A stretch of DNA of 63,832 bases, counting the filler, from Sluysia triapertura (Eukaryota): assembly GCA_046118255.1 (NCBI GenBank). It is 5 parts of 5 records of this genome, joined end to end, with 100 filler letters (N's around TTAATTAATTAA, not from the genome) between each part and the next. Parts side by side here need not be neighbours in the genome. Positions count along the whole stretch, not along the records: positions 36,236 to 50,250 come from JBJNIA010009544.1; positions 50,351 to 63,832 come from JBJNIA010038147.1; 3 more parts are not named here. One strand, written 5' to 3'. Of this stretch, positions 39,357 to 53,250 are shown piece by piece. Each line of letters begins with the position of its first letter. Position 1 is the first letter of the stretch. The notes under the pieces were generated by a model, which saw only the letters and a list, made by a program, of their open reading frames with translations, searched no databases and was not told where the DNA came from. The position numbers and the translations under genes were made by a program.

Positions 39357-40497
39357 TCTTAAATTATTTTAAAGCATTAGAAATATTAATTGTGGTTGTA
39401 ATGTTCATAATACTATATGCATAAGTAAACTTTTAACTAATATATTACTTATACTATAATGAGTTAGATAATGTTTCAATAATGTCATTTAAAAGGGTCT
39501 GTAGACCAAGCGAGATAGTTAAATTTTTAATAGAGTTGTGCAAGAATGTTGGACATACTATCGCGTATGAATTATAATTTAGCCGAAATAATTTTATCAA
39601 ACATATTAAGATTTAGCTTATATGTGTAATGATTTGTAATTGTAATCAATTTGTACTTTGACACTTTGATTTATACATTGATTGTTGTAATATAATGAAC
39701 AATTGATATATTAATATTGATAATTATTGATTTTTTACATTAATAACGATTTTTAATTTCGGATTTTTCAAAAAAAATGTAAGCGATTTTAAATTTTAAA
39801 ACAATTATAAATAGCCACAATTTTCATCGCACAAATTCAAAGTTCAATTTTTTTACACAATAATTGTACACATATTAATACGCATATTTTGATAATTGCG
39901 AGTTTATTATCAGTTGTCACAAATTTCTTAGAGACAATTCAATTTTCTATTATTTGACAAATTTATTAGAAAACATTTTATTTTGATTTAAAAAGGATCA
40001 CGTCAGTTTAATTATTTTAAGGTTTGATATATTTATATCACATGTAAAATCCACAAAAAATCTTTTTAATCATTTTAGTATCTTATAATTGATCCATCGA
40101 AAAATATTTCAATAAAATCTTTTATGTTATTCATTAACTCAAAGAGTTAATTATGGTAAATTATTATTTTTATTACCTACCATTTGTACAGGGCTAAGTA
40201 AACTTTTCTAAATAAATCATTTGCAATTAATTGTTTGTTTACAGTTTACATAGTTTTAATTATAAAATTTATCGCTTAGAAAAGTTTTCCCAAAGTTAGA
40301 ATTTAAATCTAACAACGTAAAATCATTCAGATTCCATTTTAAGGAATCAACGAAAAATCATTTAATTAACGTTATTATTATTAACTTTTGAGAAAATAAT
40401 TTAATTAATATCTTTGATAAAACATTAAAAATTACCTCCAGATAGTTAAAGATAAAGCATTTTCTTTTAGAATCATCCCACACTCTTATTCTCAAAT

Positions 40498-40542
40498 CCA
40501 ACGACTGGTCCTAACCGGTAAGTCCAGTACGTTGGTGAACTC
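40498..40542 (+). repeat. Conserved ~45-nt GC-rich hairpin repeat (also 41564-41610 minus, 47421-47465 plus, 37142-37190 minus)
   Basis: CCAACG-ACTGG-tcctaaccggtaagt-CCAGT-a-CGTTGG-tgaactc. Confidence 0.8.
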
Positions 40543-41366
40543 GCGTTTTTAATCCTTTAATCTTTATTCTATACACTTTTCTCTCACATATTTGAATAAT
40601 ACACGTTATTGTGATAATGATGTTAAATTTTGTTTAGATTATGTTAATAATTTTTGTTTTTTTTGGTAATTCCTGGGAAATAATTATCGTTGAAATTTAA
40701 TTATTAAAAGATTGGGCTTAAAAGAATAAGTGATCGATTATCTAATTTCTGGCCTACTCAGCGATTTTCAAACAACTAAATTAGTGACAGCGTTTTTATC
40801 AAAATTGCAGAAGAAATGTGTAACGAAACAGCACAAATTATGAGCAAAGAAAAAATTTTGACACAATTAGGAAAACATTGTGATTGAAGATTCATCTTTA
40901 ATAACTTGACTAAGCATTAAAGTGATATTTTTTGGTATTATTATTAACGTTGTTATTATTTTGTTTAAAAAGGGTTTCCCCTTGGATTTTGAGTATTTTA
41001 TTTATTAACTGATTGTATAAAGACATTAATTTATAATGGTGAATATTTATTATTTCTGTGATTAAAGAATAATTGTTAATTTATATTGAAAATATATCGA
41101 CATTTCAGACTAATTTAATTATTGATTTATTTTTGATAACTTCAAATAAAGAGACAACATAAACAATGTTAGACTTATATATGTAACTGAGGGTTTAACC
41201 TCATTTAATTCCCTTTATAAATTTCTCACTTATCATTTAAAATAATAACCTTGTGTTATAAAGCTTAGGAGTAATAATAATGCTTTAATTCAAGTTCGCA
41301 ACTTTTTCTATGATTCACGAATTCCTTTTAGTACTGTCAAAGCGGCACACTTTTAAGTATGTTGGA

Positions 41367-41424
<58 letters not shown>

Positions 41425-41481
41425 TATGGTTTCATGGCGTAAGGTGATATTGGTTGCATCTATCTGAAATTATAAATAACA

Positions 41482-41524
<43 letters not shown>

Positions 41525-42555
41525 CTGGCTTTTTCTTAGCTTAAGAGTAAAAGAATAATTAAAGTGAGTCCACCAACGTACTAGACTTACAGGTTAGGAC
41601 TAGCCGTTAGATTTTAGAAACAATTAAGTATGTAATATTATAATTGACTCAATATTCTTAAAAACTTTATTATTTTTACTTATGTAACTTATAATTGAGA
41701 ATTATACAATGAATTCGTTAACCGAATTAGGAATTAAGATAGTTTGTGATGAATTCGTTAAAAGAATTCAAAAATAAAATATTTACGTTGAATCTGTTAA
41801 AACAATTCAAGAAATATCAACTTTGAATTATTTTTTAAATTTAAATCACACAAAAATATGTGTTATAGCACAATATGGTTATACAATTATCAAAGTTAAT
41901 TTATAATTAACAAATAATAAAATTACAAAAATTAACTCGTAAATAGTTAATTCACTCACAAAATTAAAATTGATTTTACAAAATGAACTATGAAAAAGTT
42001 ACAAAAGTTCAAAAATTTAAGTTGAATGTTACGTTGTACCGGATGGTACTAATCTTGAAATAATAAATAACGACTGTTTCAGATAAATTAAAACAAGGCC
42101 AGTTTCTGAGTTTTGTCTAAATGTTAAATTGAGAAAGAAATGTGAAATTGTATAAACTTTTTAAAAAATCTCTTATTGATTTATGTATTAAAATCATTGA
42201 TTTAAATATTTTTTCGAAATGACCTTGCAATAATCTAACTAAATAATACTTTAATAGTTTACAGAAATCTAAATGATTTAAATTTAATGATTTAACAATT
42301 TTACAAAATATTAACCTAAATAATTTACAAATAATCAAATTTACATTAAAATATCTTAAATTAATTAATTCCAATATTTTTTAATTTAGTTTTAGAAATA
42401 TGATCAATTCATTAAAATAATAATTAAAGTAATAAGAATTAAATAATAATACATTAATTAATAATATCAAGTCACAACAAAATAATAATAAATCAATAAT
42501 GTGTGTATATCGGGTCACAATTTGTTATTTACATATGTTCACATGTTATTTACGC

Positions 42556-42601
<46 letters not shown>

Positions 42602-44429
42602 GTAATTGAAATAATAATTATAAATAAAACAATTAACCTGAGTGCTAAAAAATAAAGTAGTTAAATAAAGAAACAGGTAATTTAATTTATTTAAATTATA
42701 CTTACATTATTAGAAATTGTTCACTAAATAAATAAAAAGCTGTTAGTTTTAATTAAAAATAGGTAAAACTTATTTTAGTTATATTTTTCATGAGAACTGA
42801 GTTAGTATAAAAAGCCGTGCCTAAATAGCAGAAACGCACAAGAGAACCAGTAAATTACACCTGGACGTCACTCTACGATTTTTATTTGAGACATGTTTGT
42901 CATTCTATGATTTTGGTATTCGATTATTACTTTTGATTCTAATAATTTTGTCAATTGGTATACAATCTTGTATATTGTACGCGAAGTCAAATTTGGAGTT
43001 CCTGTTATTAATTAGTCTTAGCCACCTAATAAAAAAATATTAATTCAGTTTTTCGAACAAAGTATTGTAAGTTTTGTTTATAAGATTTGTCTTAATTTTC
43101 TACTTAATTTATTAATTAATTTTTAAAAATCTCTAATTTTGGTTAGAGACAATATAGTAATAAAAGCTTGAATAAAATTAGTACACATTTGTCTAATAAT
43201 AACATCACTATATATATTTGTATTGTTTTTCAGTCATTTTATATTCTTTAATATAATTGTTACACAATATACATTCTGGAATTTTAAGTCTTATTTTATA
43301 TCATTTGAATTAATAAAGGAAAATAACATTTTAGTATAAATAAAGAGAAAAATTTAATAAAAGTTTAATTGAATAAAGAAGAGTAATTAAATTAGAAATA
43401 TTGAAATTGAAAATCAAGAAATTATTTAATTTAAAAATTATAAAGAGTAACCATATGAAAGTTTGTTTTATTCGTTGTTGCTTTAATTGGATCTAATAAA
43501 GAAGGAAATAAATGATAAAGTTGACATCATTCAAGAATAAATTTTGAGTACAGAATAAAATAATATATAAGGAGTATTTTCAAGATTTAATTTGTCAGTA
43601 AGTAATAGAAAAAAAAGTCATTTAGGAAATTATCAAAACGTTTCCCAGGGCCATTTAATTTGAAAACCAAAAAATATCAGTTGATTACGTTAATAGAATT
43701 ACGATAATTTTAGTAAGTTGGTATAAAAAAATTAAATTCAATAATGACAACATTCAATAACATAAAAAGGAAAGTTAGAATGAAGTTTTATAGGAATTTG
43801 TAGACCCTGGTCAAAATATAATTAAATCCTACAGGAAATTCGCGTTAAGCATAAATTCGTTGACTCTAGGGATAAGTATTATAATCTAATTTGTTAGTGA
43901 TCAATTTAAACACTAGCAATAATAATAATAATATGATAATAATAATATGATAATGATAATAATCATAATAAATTTTAGAAAATATAAAAATATTTAATAA
44001 ATAATAGTAATACCCAATAAAATAAAAAATAAATAAATAAATAATTAATTCGATGTTTTTCTATTACCTTTTCACATCTATGGTGATCAAGTCATCTGTC
44101 GCTATTGTACATACATAAAATCTCATTTCGAACTCACATAAACTACTTAATCAATCATCATATCCTTACCATCAAACACTAACCCTTAAACCAACGAATT
44201 CATAAAATTCCAAACAATTTAAATTATTATTTCATTCCCTAACATTATTATAAATTAGTTTTATAAATTTTCAACTGATATTTATTTCATTGCCATCATT
44301 ATTACGTGCCATATCGTCATCGTATAATAATTATTACTTTCCTACTCTTCGGTTTTATTATTTGTACTTGTTTTAATGTAATATCTACAAAGAGGATTTA
44401 CATAAGAAACTTTGTACAATATATTTCAA

Positions 44430-45700
44430 ATTGATTGCAATTGGTTGTTACCATTTTTATAAGGAACGAATCTTAGAAGAAGCTTATCAACAATTGCAAG
44501 ATGAATGGTTGGAGCGCAAAACCGAAACAAATAAATAGAAATAATATAATGACGATGACTTTTTATTTCGTTCAATGAGATTAATGTGAACAAATGGTCA
44601 AAGGTGCAGTTTGCATCCTTCCAATCCACTTACAGTCGTACTGTAATGATTTAAAAATGGCAGCAATATTGGCGGCTGCAACAAGGAGCTCAATCCGACA
44701 ATTTTCCGTTGTTATAGTAATATAAAAGAAAAATGTATTATTTTTTGAACAATGATGGATCATGTTTTTACATTTATTATTATTATTGTTATTATTAATG
44801 AAAAATGATAGCAAAAGAAATAAAAAGAAGCATACAGTTATTATCTTTATCTTGAAAATAAGTCTAAACGTACAGTTGGTATGTTCCATAATTGAATATG
44901 ATGACACTTCGATCCAGTGAGATCGTCAGATACTAAAATCGTTGTTGAATTTTTTAACAAATCTGCTGATAATTCTTTCTGCAATGTACTTTTTTCGTTA
45001 ATTTTGATGACAGAGCACTGAAATGAATTACAGTTGAAGATATATCTAAAATTTCTCTTATCATACTTTGTTTTAAACAAATTACACCTTTTTGATTAGC
45101 AGTTATGAATTTATCTGTCAAAATATTTTTACGATTATATCATTTGCTTCTTTGTTTAACTGAGTACCAATAAATCCACCAATCATTTCAATTATTTCAA
45201 AAAGTTATTAACTTTAGTTCTTTTCTAAGGCCGTCAGTATAAATAAGGATATATTCTAAGACACTGTTAGGTCTGGGGGTTTTAATGATTTTCGAGGGGG
45301 TTTTTTTCATTAAACAATGTAGTACCACTGTTGGATGTAAAGTGATCAGTCCTGGCGTACTAAGTATAATTGATATTAATCTTTTATATTATTCCGATAT
45401 TTCATTTTTATCTTACAATCACGGAATTAGGAAGTGACGAAACTGTTCATAAAATTAAATTGGCATTGAAGGCATCACGGAATGAACTACTTCGTTAAAA
45501 CTTGACGTATTTGATAATAACTACGTTTCTTTAATAAGATTTTAACTAATCCGGATTGAAATTATATTGCAGGATTTAAAATGTGACTGATATTGCATCC
45601 ATTGTTTCTTGATATTTATTAAATGCTATTTTCATGAATGAAATATCTTTAATAAAACTTTGTTTATTAAATATAGCACGAAGTAAACGATACTTTTAAC
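44430..45700. pseudogene. Degenerate coding-like sequence, product unknown
   Basis: Plus strand YHFYKERILEEAYQQLQDEWLERK; minus strand ~80 open codons GGFIGTQLNKEANDIIVKNILTDKF...; many stops. Confidence 0.3.
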
Positions 45701-48700
45701 TTAGTTTAGTGTTTGTTATACTTTTTTATAGTATCATATTGGCTATACATAATAATCTTCCTAATTTGCAACTGACTGAAAGATAAGTAGAGATATCATT
45801 TCAAAATCAACAATTTGCCAGGAAATAAACGAATACTAAATTGTTTTTAAAGAAATTTTATTATCATGTCAGTTTAATATGTTTTATATATTGAAATTTT
45901 TAAATATTTGCAATACATGGTTTAAGGTTTGTATTGTGTGATATTTTGTTATTGTGATTATTAATAAAAATTTAATTGAAAAATTGAACCACCACATCCA
46001 CCACGATTTATTAATCCACCAGTAAGTGATGTCACAGTTGGTAGTATTGCTCCACCATTTTGTTTGTAAAATTACTTGTCTTTTAAAATTTAAACCTTTT
46101 GTATTTTTAAAATTCTGTCTATTTATGTGAATTAGAAAATTTACACTAAAATTTGTGTAAAACTTTTGTATATAATGTCACATATTGATAAAACAATATT
46201 AATTTTACCAAAATCGGTCAGCGCATCAGAATCGTCATCCAATGGTAAACGAAAATTTTCTATGATTTACATTCATTTGATACTGAATTAGATAATCAAA
46301 TCAATTCATTTATGAAAGATGCTACAGCAATATACCAAAAAACTCATGAAATGTACTTGTTAATATTCATGTTATTCATATTTATCAATAAATCAGTAAT
46401 TATATTATAATTATAGTATTGTTTGAATATATTAATAAAGTTCTAATTTATCAAAGTTTAAAGTTTTAATATATTGGATTAAGTTTCGAATTTAATTTTT
46501 AATATTTCGGATTCTAATATTTTAAATTTTCATTAAATTTTCATGTAAGTATTTTTATTGTTTTTTAATTAATATAATTTAATTTTTTTAAAAGGGGAAT
46601 ATAATATTTATTAATTTTATTTTTATTAAAATTATTAATTTTTTTGTTGTTTAGAAGTTGTTACCTCAAGGTCACCCCTCTAATGTATATTATAAACATT
46701 AAAATCGAATATTTTTCAACCGCAATCATATTAGCAACAGGCATCTTATAGAATTAAGAATTGCCTTACGTCCGATTTTCGTCAAAAATAATCCTTTGTC
46801 AGTATTCGTCAGAAAACATTCTACATCGCGACCATATCAATAATCTGCTAACTCAATTCATATTGATTATCGGTAGCTTCTTTAGAGTAATTTTTTCTTC
46901 GCAATCTATAACATTGCTTACCTAAAATTAACACTTAAATTTAACTTCGATTAACGCTACTATTTCACAGTAGCAAAGTAAAATCTATTAAACTATAACG
47001 ATTGGATTAGTTGATTAATCCCTTGTAAATTTTTATTTATTATTATAACGAATAATTTTATTCTTATCTCTGTAACGTGTATATTTATTTATTAAAAATT
47101 ACCCTAATTTCACTTTATTTAATTCTGTAACTAACGTCTCATGCTCCATTTCGAACCTTATTAAATTCATTTATTTAAAAAACTTAATTCAAATCTTTCT
47201 CAAAGGTTCAGTCTCAGAACCTCATTAAAATCATTGTAATTTTAAGGTTCAATTTAAGAACCTTATTAAAACATCATCACTAAGGTTCAATTTAAGAACC
47301 TCATCAAAATATATTAACTAAGTTTTTCGTACAAGCAATAAAATTATTAGGAATTTATAGCTAGGTAATTATCATAAAGTTTATATAACCTCCATTTGCT
47401 TCAAATATTGATTAAAAAGTCCAACGACTGGCCCTAACTGGTAAGTCCATTACGTTGGTGAACTATGTTTAAAGTTTTTATTCTATTTGCTTTACTTTTC
47501 TCACATACTTATACAAGATGTAATTTAGAAATTCAAATTATGTCAGCTAAATTTAGTGCTACTTTATTAGAAATAAGTAAAGAAGATATAGCATCACTGA
47601 ATGAAATACTAAATATATTCAAAGTACCAAATGTAATTCCAAAATATACTTATATAAAACCAATGTCACAAGAACGATGGGTGTTAGTATTAGTGTCAGA
47701 ATTATCATCGTCCCTCTCAAAAATCTCTGTCAATAAATAAAAATTTAACCAATGTAGTGTTAAACCAATTAGCACGATCTATTAAAAAATGGACAGAGTA
47801 ATTAACACCAAATCCAAATTTAATATTTTACTCACCAAATAGAACGAATTTTCAAATTACGCGTGCAGGTACACCAACAGGTAAATCAACGCGCCAGGTA
47901 CTCTCCACTCTAAGCCCCTCCCTCGAAATGGTGGTATGATTTAGAGACGAAGTTTCTATCTACTCAAGAGGCTATAAAGAAATCAAAAAGAATTACAGGA
48001 ATGATTTTATAAATTTCAAGTTAATAATATTCAAAATATATTTTAATTTCGATTTTAATGACTTTTTTAAACTGTCATAAAACAAAACTACAAAATTCAT
48101 GTTACATCGTATCTTAAATATAGTCAACTTTTGTAAATAATACTAACGTCGTGCTTTTTTATCGAATCCGTCAATTATTGTGTAAACTGTTTCCACATAT
48201 CCAACATTTCGTACAAACATTATAATTAGTCAAATAAAATCCTTTTAAATCTTATTAAAATATTTGTTTTAGGATCCTCTAACTACTTTCTATTTTTAAG
48301 CATAAAATCAAGGCTTTTTTAAAAGCTAATGAAATATTATGATTATGTTATTAATATATCTTATATATCTAGGTCTAAAATTTATTGATCCAACTTATAT
48401 ACTAATTTTTTCATAATTAATTTATTATTTTTTTATAAAAATAGATTTTTTTATAAATATATATTTTACTTAGCTAATTTATTGCTGTAATAGAATTATA
48501 CTACTAGTTATATTAGTTTAAAATGCATTAGTTATTATTTAACATAGAATTTAGTTAACCTAGTTATTGTTTAACAAAGTACTTCGGTTAATAGTTGTGA
48601 TTTAACAATACCATATCAACTATTTCCTGACTAAAGTATAATCTTCCGTATCCACTTTAACCTTCTATTTACCACAAAAGTGTATATGCATTACACACCT

Positions 48701-50108
48701 TATGGGTTCATTAGACCAATAAAATAAAAAGTTTAAAACAACAAAGTAAATTAAAAATTGATTTACTATATAAAGATTCAGTAAGTCAAAACAATTTTCA
48801 TGTCCATAAAATATTATGAAAATACAGGGCATCAAAAATCGAAAAGATGAATCTTATTTTATATTTTTTGTTAATTTTTTTATATTAAATTGTCTCATTT
48901 ATTCGTTATAATAAGTCATTCTTTACAATAGATTTAAATATAAAAATATTTTCTTCGAAATTACTTTCCAATAGGTTGTTGCAAATTTTAGAAACGTAAT
49001 ATTTAATCATATATTTCAATTTTACTATGTATTGATTAAGTATTCCATTATTCACAGATGTCTCTTATTTCTACTGAGTTAGAAGCACATACAAAGGACA
49101 TTTATTACTGTTAAAAATATTGACTGTCACAATTTATCTAATGCCAACTAAATTTATATTTTCACAGAAATTATTTCGGCATTCAGCTTTTTAACAGTAA
49201 ACACAATATTTAAACAACTTTTATAAAATCATTAACAAAATGTGGAACACGTTTTTTCATAATTAATAAAATTAAATTCATAAACACGGTTTTGTTTAAT
49301 TTTTTATGATTAATAAATGTACTTTGTTAATTTGTGACATTTATTTAAACAAATATTTATGAAAATTGATAAAGCATATAATAATATAGCAACACAATCA
49401 TGATTATTTTAAATTAATTAAATATTGTTTAATTTTATAGTAATAAAAACTAAAATATACATAATTGTAGATTTTTACTATGTTTTTGCTTTAAAGATAA
49501 ATGATGAATATTGCAAATTATTTGAAGATCTTTTTGATGACATTGAAAACTATGTTTTGATTAATTAAATGTTTGGAAAATACTGAAACAATATTCGTAA
49601 GTTTAATTAACAAGTGATAAAAGTTCAGAAAAATTAATTAATAATTAATTAATATTGGTTTTCTTTAAGTACACTGCAAACACAGCAAATTAAATGATTC
49701 ATTCACAATTGATATTTTATGTATTAAGTACATTTAATGTTAGATTCCAAACTGAAAAAGGTAAATATATTTAAGATAATTTATTTTTGATTTTTATAAA
49801 CAAGAAATGTTTTCCTTTATTTGCATTGATTTTAATTATTTTTCCAAATATTGTTTATATTTATCTATTTATCAATGTCATAATCAAAAGAATGCGATTT
49901 AATGAAATAGTAATCTCCGCGAAATGCATATGCTTATTTAGTTTTCATCTGTAAGGTGTCTACTCTTTGATATTTTAAATGCTAATACAATTTATGATTA
50001 TAATTTAAGATAAATTTTATATGGTTACATAAAACAAAGTAGAAGTTTATTACTTAAAATATCTTTTGCGATATTTTCTATTTTATTCTTTTAATAGTAA
50101 TAATATAT

Positions 50109-50250
50109 CAAGCAGCAAGACTAATCCTCCAAGTTGGAAGAAGATCTCATATAACACCCTATCTCAAAGAATGACATTGGTTGCCAATAAAAGCAAGAAT
50201 AGAATTTAAAATTATGACAATAATTTACAAATGCTTACATTACGGAAGTC
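50109..50250 (+). mobile_element. L2/CR1-group LINE ORF2 3' fragment
   Basis: QAARLILQVGRRSHITPYLKE*HWLPIKARIEFKIMTIIYKCLH, the diagnostic AARL...HITP.L..LHWLP...RI.FK motif. Confidence 0.9.
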
Positions 50251-50876
50251 NNNNNNNNNNNNNNNNNNNNNNNNNNNNNNNNNNNNNNNNNNNNTTAATT
50301 AATTAANNNNNNNNNNNNNNNNNNNNNNNNNNNNNNNNNNNNNNNNNNNNATACAGAATTGTTGAAATTTATTATGAAATTTTATCATGAAAATTATTAT
50401 AAAAGTTATTATTTGATATTTATTATATAACAATAATGACTATAATTTTTACACATATTTTAATATGATATGAATCGTAATAATAATAACGATAGTTCAT
50501 GATACTTAGATGTGATAGCCATGTTAATTTTTAAATGAGTCTAGTAGTTTGTTTAATAATTTTTGCATATGTGAAGTGTTTTTATGCGACGAAATATGAT
50601 GGGTTTGATGTGATGGATTCCGTACAGTTTATATTCCTTTAATGGATTTTATCTTTTATTTTTTGTTGTCATTATTATTTTAAATAGATTATTTATACTA
50701 ATTGGCGATTACGCCCATACAATAATTCATTTGTTATTGGCCATTATACCATTCTTTGAAAAATAAAAATTTACTGGATGTTGCGCCCTAATTAAGAAAA
50801 TATTACTTAATAAACGTTAAATAAATTTATTATTAATATTATCATTATTATCTTTTATTTTAAATAATTAACTTAA

Positions 50877-50940
<64 letters not shown>

Positions 50941-51007
50941 GGTGTAAACCAAAGTAAATACTCAACAAATTGTTTTCTTAATTTATCCCAATAGTATATT
51001 TATTCAG

Positions 51008-51142
51008 TTTTTTAAATGTTTTCCTATGGATCAAAGACTACCTAATTGTCCATCATCGTATCAGATCATTAGGACAACTTTTCTTAATTGATGTAACAAA
51101 TTTTAATGGGCCACTTTCTAGCTTCCATTTCGTAGCACCTAC
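51008..51142 (+). CDS. Possible exon of an unidentified gene
   Basis: ttcag acceptor, gtgagt donor, open frame NVFLWIKDYLIVHHRIRSLGQLFLIDVTNFNGPLSSFHFVAPT. Confidence 0.4.
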
Positions 51143-52297
51143 GTGAGTAATTTTTCATATGACTTATTATAGGATTTAATTTAGAGTAATCCATTTGTTA
51201 GGTTTCTTCTGTATAAAAGCTAAAAATTATGATTTTTTCAAAAGTACGGGTTAGTCTGTATATTGCGCTTTATATCTGAGCGAAGATGCAACTACAGATG
51301 TCAATTAAAATCAAGGAACAGCGAGGGTCAGTATCTTATAAATAAGCGAATCTTTTAAATAGCCTTCTTTTTTTACAAAATCTTACTCTCAAAAATTAAC
51401 AATTAATTTAATATTTAAATGTTACTCAAAATTTTACTATCAACTGGATATTTCCTTTTTAACGAGAAGTAAATAGTTATTCTTAATATATTTAATTCAA
51501 AATCGGTACTTTTAAATCTTAGTATTAAATCGCTATCGTTAATGTTAAACCTCTTTTAATGTTAAACTTCTTTACAAATAAACAAAATTACAAAGACACT
51601 AAGTTTTTTTGTACAAAAAACTATCAAAATTAAACGAATGATATATATAATTAAAAAATGACAAAGAATGATATAATATACATAATAATATGGTTAAAAA
51701 TAAAGATTCTAAACTTTATTTGATATTAAAAATTTGCAATTTTAGTTGAGCCAGGTGTGATACCTGACATTAATTTTACAAAGATTTTGTGTCTGATTTT
51801 GACACAAATTTTATCAGTGTGAAAGCCTTAATAATTATCAACTTACGTATTTTCGGGTTTTAAATATATAAATTTCTCGATCCGATAAATTTTTGAATAT
51901 CTCCGAAATCACTAATTATCGACTAAGCAATTATATACCAAAGATTCCAAATGAAAAATCAGTACCCAGCGAGCAAATTTCGCGATAAATTTAAACTAAT
52001 ATCCAATGATCTGATTCCGCAGCAATCTAGATTGTCTTCCAAATGATTAGGTTCCACAAGAATTTAAATTAACTTCCAATGATTAGATTCCACACGAATT
52101 GATTTCCACTCGTTTAACCTTTTAAAACCGTACTCTTGGTTATATTTTTTATATTTTTATATTATATTATATTTTAACAACTTCAACATTTCAATCGAAC
52201 TGTCTCATATAATAGTATGTTTCTCATAAGGGCACAGATATTAATTTAATTAGTTTCTTGCACACTTCAAATTCTTCAATCACAAATACTTCAAAAT

Positions 52298-53250
52298 TTG
52301 GATCCATTTTGCCGTAGTATCGGTTATTGGATGACTGAAGATTGTTTAACATCATTAACGACTTTATTATTAGAAAATAATACTGATGAAATGGGCAATA
52401 AAGGAACCAATGGATTCCAATCCAACATAGATATTACATCTATGTAAAATGAAAACTCAAGAAATCAGTTTAATTGTTCATCAGATACAGTTATTTTCGT
52501 GTTTTATAATTAATTAAAGAATCATCCACTTATACAAAAGTACGAAATAATTGGAACTTGGAAAAATCATGCAGCAATGGAGTAGCGGCTTTATTTCAGA
52601 ACTGCATATAAATATTTTAAATTGGGTTGTCCTGATTTATCATTAGAAGTTTCATCAAGTTTGCCAAATGAAATTGAAAATAAGTCTGCATAAACCGAAA
52701 CCTTTTAAACACCAAAATTCCAATCCTAAATCTGTTACAGATAATATATCTACCGGTTGTTTATCGTGGGATGACTTTGCAAAAGATCTAAAACCATCGG
52801 AATTTAAAATTAAATTTGCTGATGAAAATTACGATGATATTATTGATGATATTATTTTACAATGAGAGCCAAAAATAATTTAATAAATTTAGGTGATAGC
52901 AATAATGAAAATGAAGATGAATATTTCGATACAAGTGATGTTGATAAAATGTTAGCACAAAAGGCCAAATTGAATAAATTTAAAAATACAGTTCAATTAA
53001 GAGCGCTACAACTATGGAAACTGCTACTTCATCAAAATTAAATTCAAATTCTGAATTAGACATTACGAATCTGCAATACAAATTCATTATTTGTATTAAA
53101 TTGATCTCAGAAGAATTATGTACTCTGGCTTCAGGGATAAAAAAGACTGGATTCTGTCTCAGAACTCACGTTTATCAATGGTTAGAGCAAGAAGTGAATG
53201 TGATTCACGATATTTGTTTTCCAAAGCATACAGAAATTATATTTATGTAG
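52298..53250 (+). pseudogene. DMXL: Dmx-like / rabconnectin-3alpha (DMXL) pseudogene fragment
   Basis: DPFCRSIGYW...SLTTLL; FYN*LKNHPLI; E*RLYFRTAYKYFKLGCPDLSLEV; QYKFIICIKLISEELCTLASG...LRTHVYQWLEQEVNVIHDIC all match DMXL blocks in order; in-frame stops; 53637-53790 may be a further exon. Confidence 0.85.

Noticed and set aside
47465-47740. Secreted protein with a signal peptide (MFKVFILFALLF...)
   Set aside because: The hydrophobic start is the T-rich tail of the hairpin repeat (compare 40543-40590); the downstream frame is decayed and unsupported.
47860-47905. Clustered CAGGTA motifs as an enhancer
   Set aside because: Three 6-mers within a short local duplication; no further support.
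13472-50350. Regularly recurring TTAATTAATTAA inside N runs
   Set aside because: Artificial all-frame-stop linkers used to concatenate scaffolds; not biological.
52298-53250. Alternative genetic code explaining in-frame TAA/TAG/TGA
   Set aside because: Stops replace different residues in different relics and co-occur with frameshifts; PABP ends normally at TAA.
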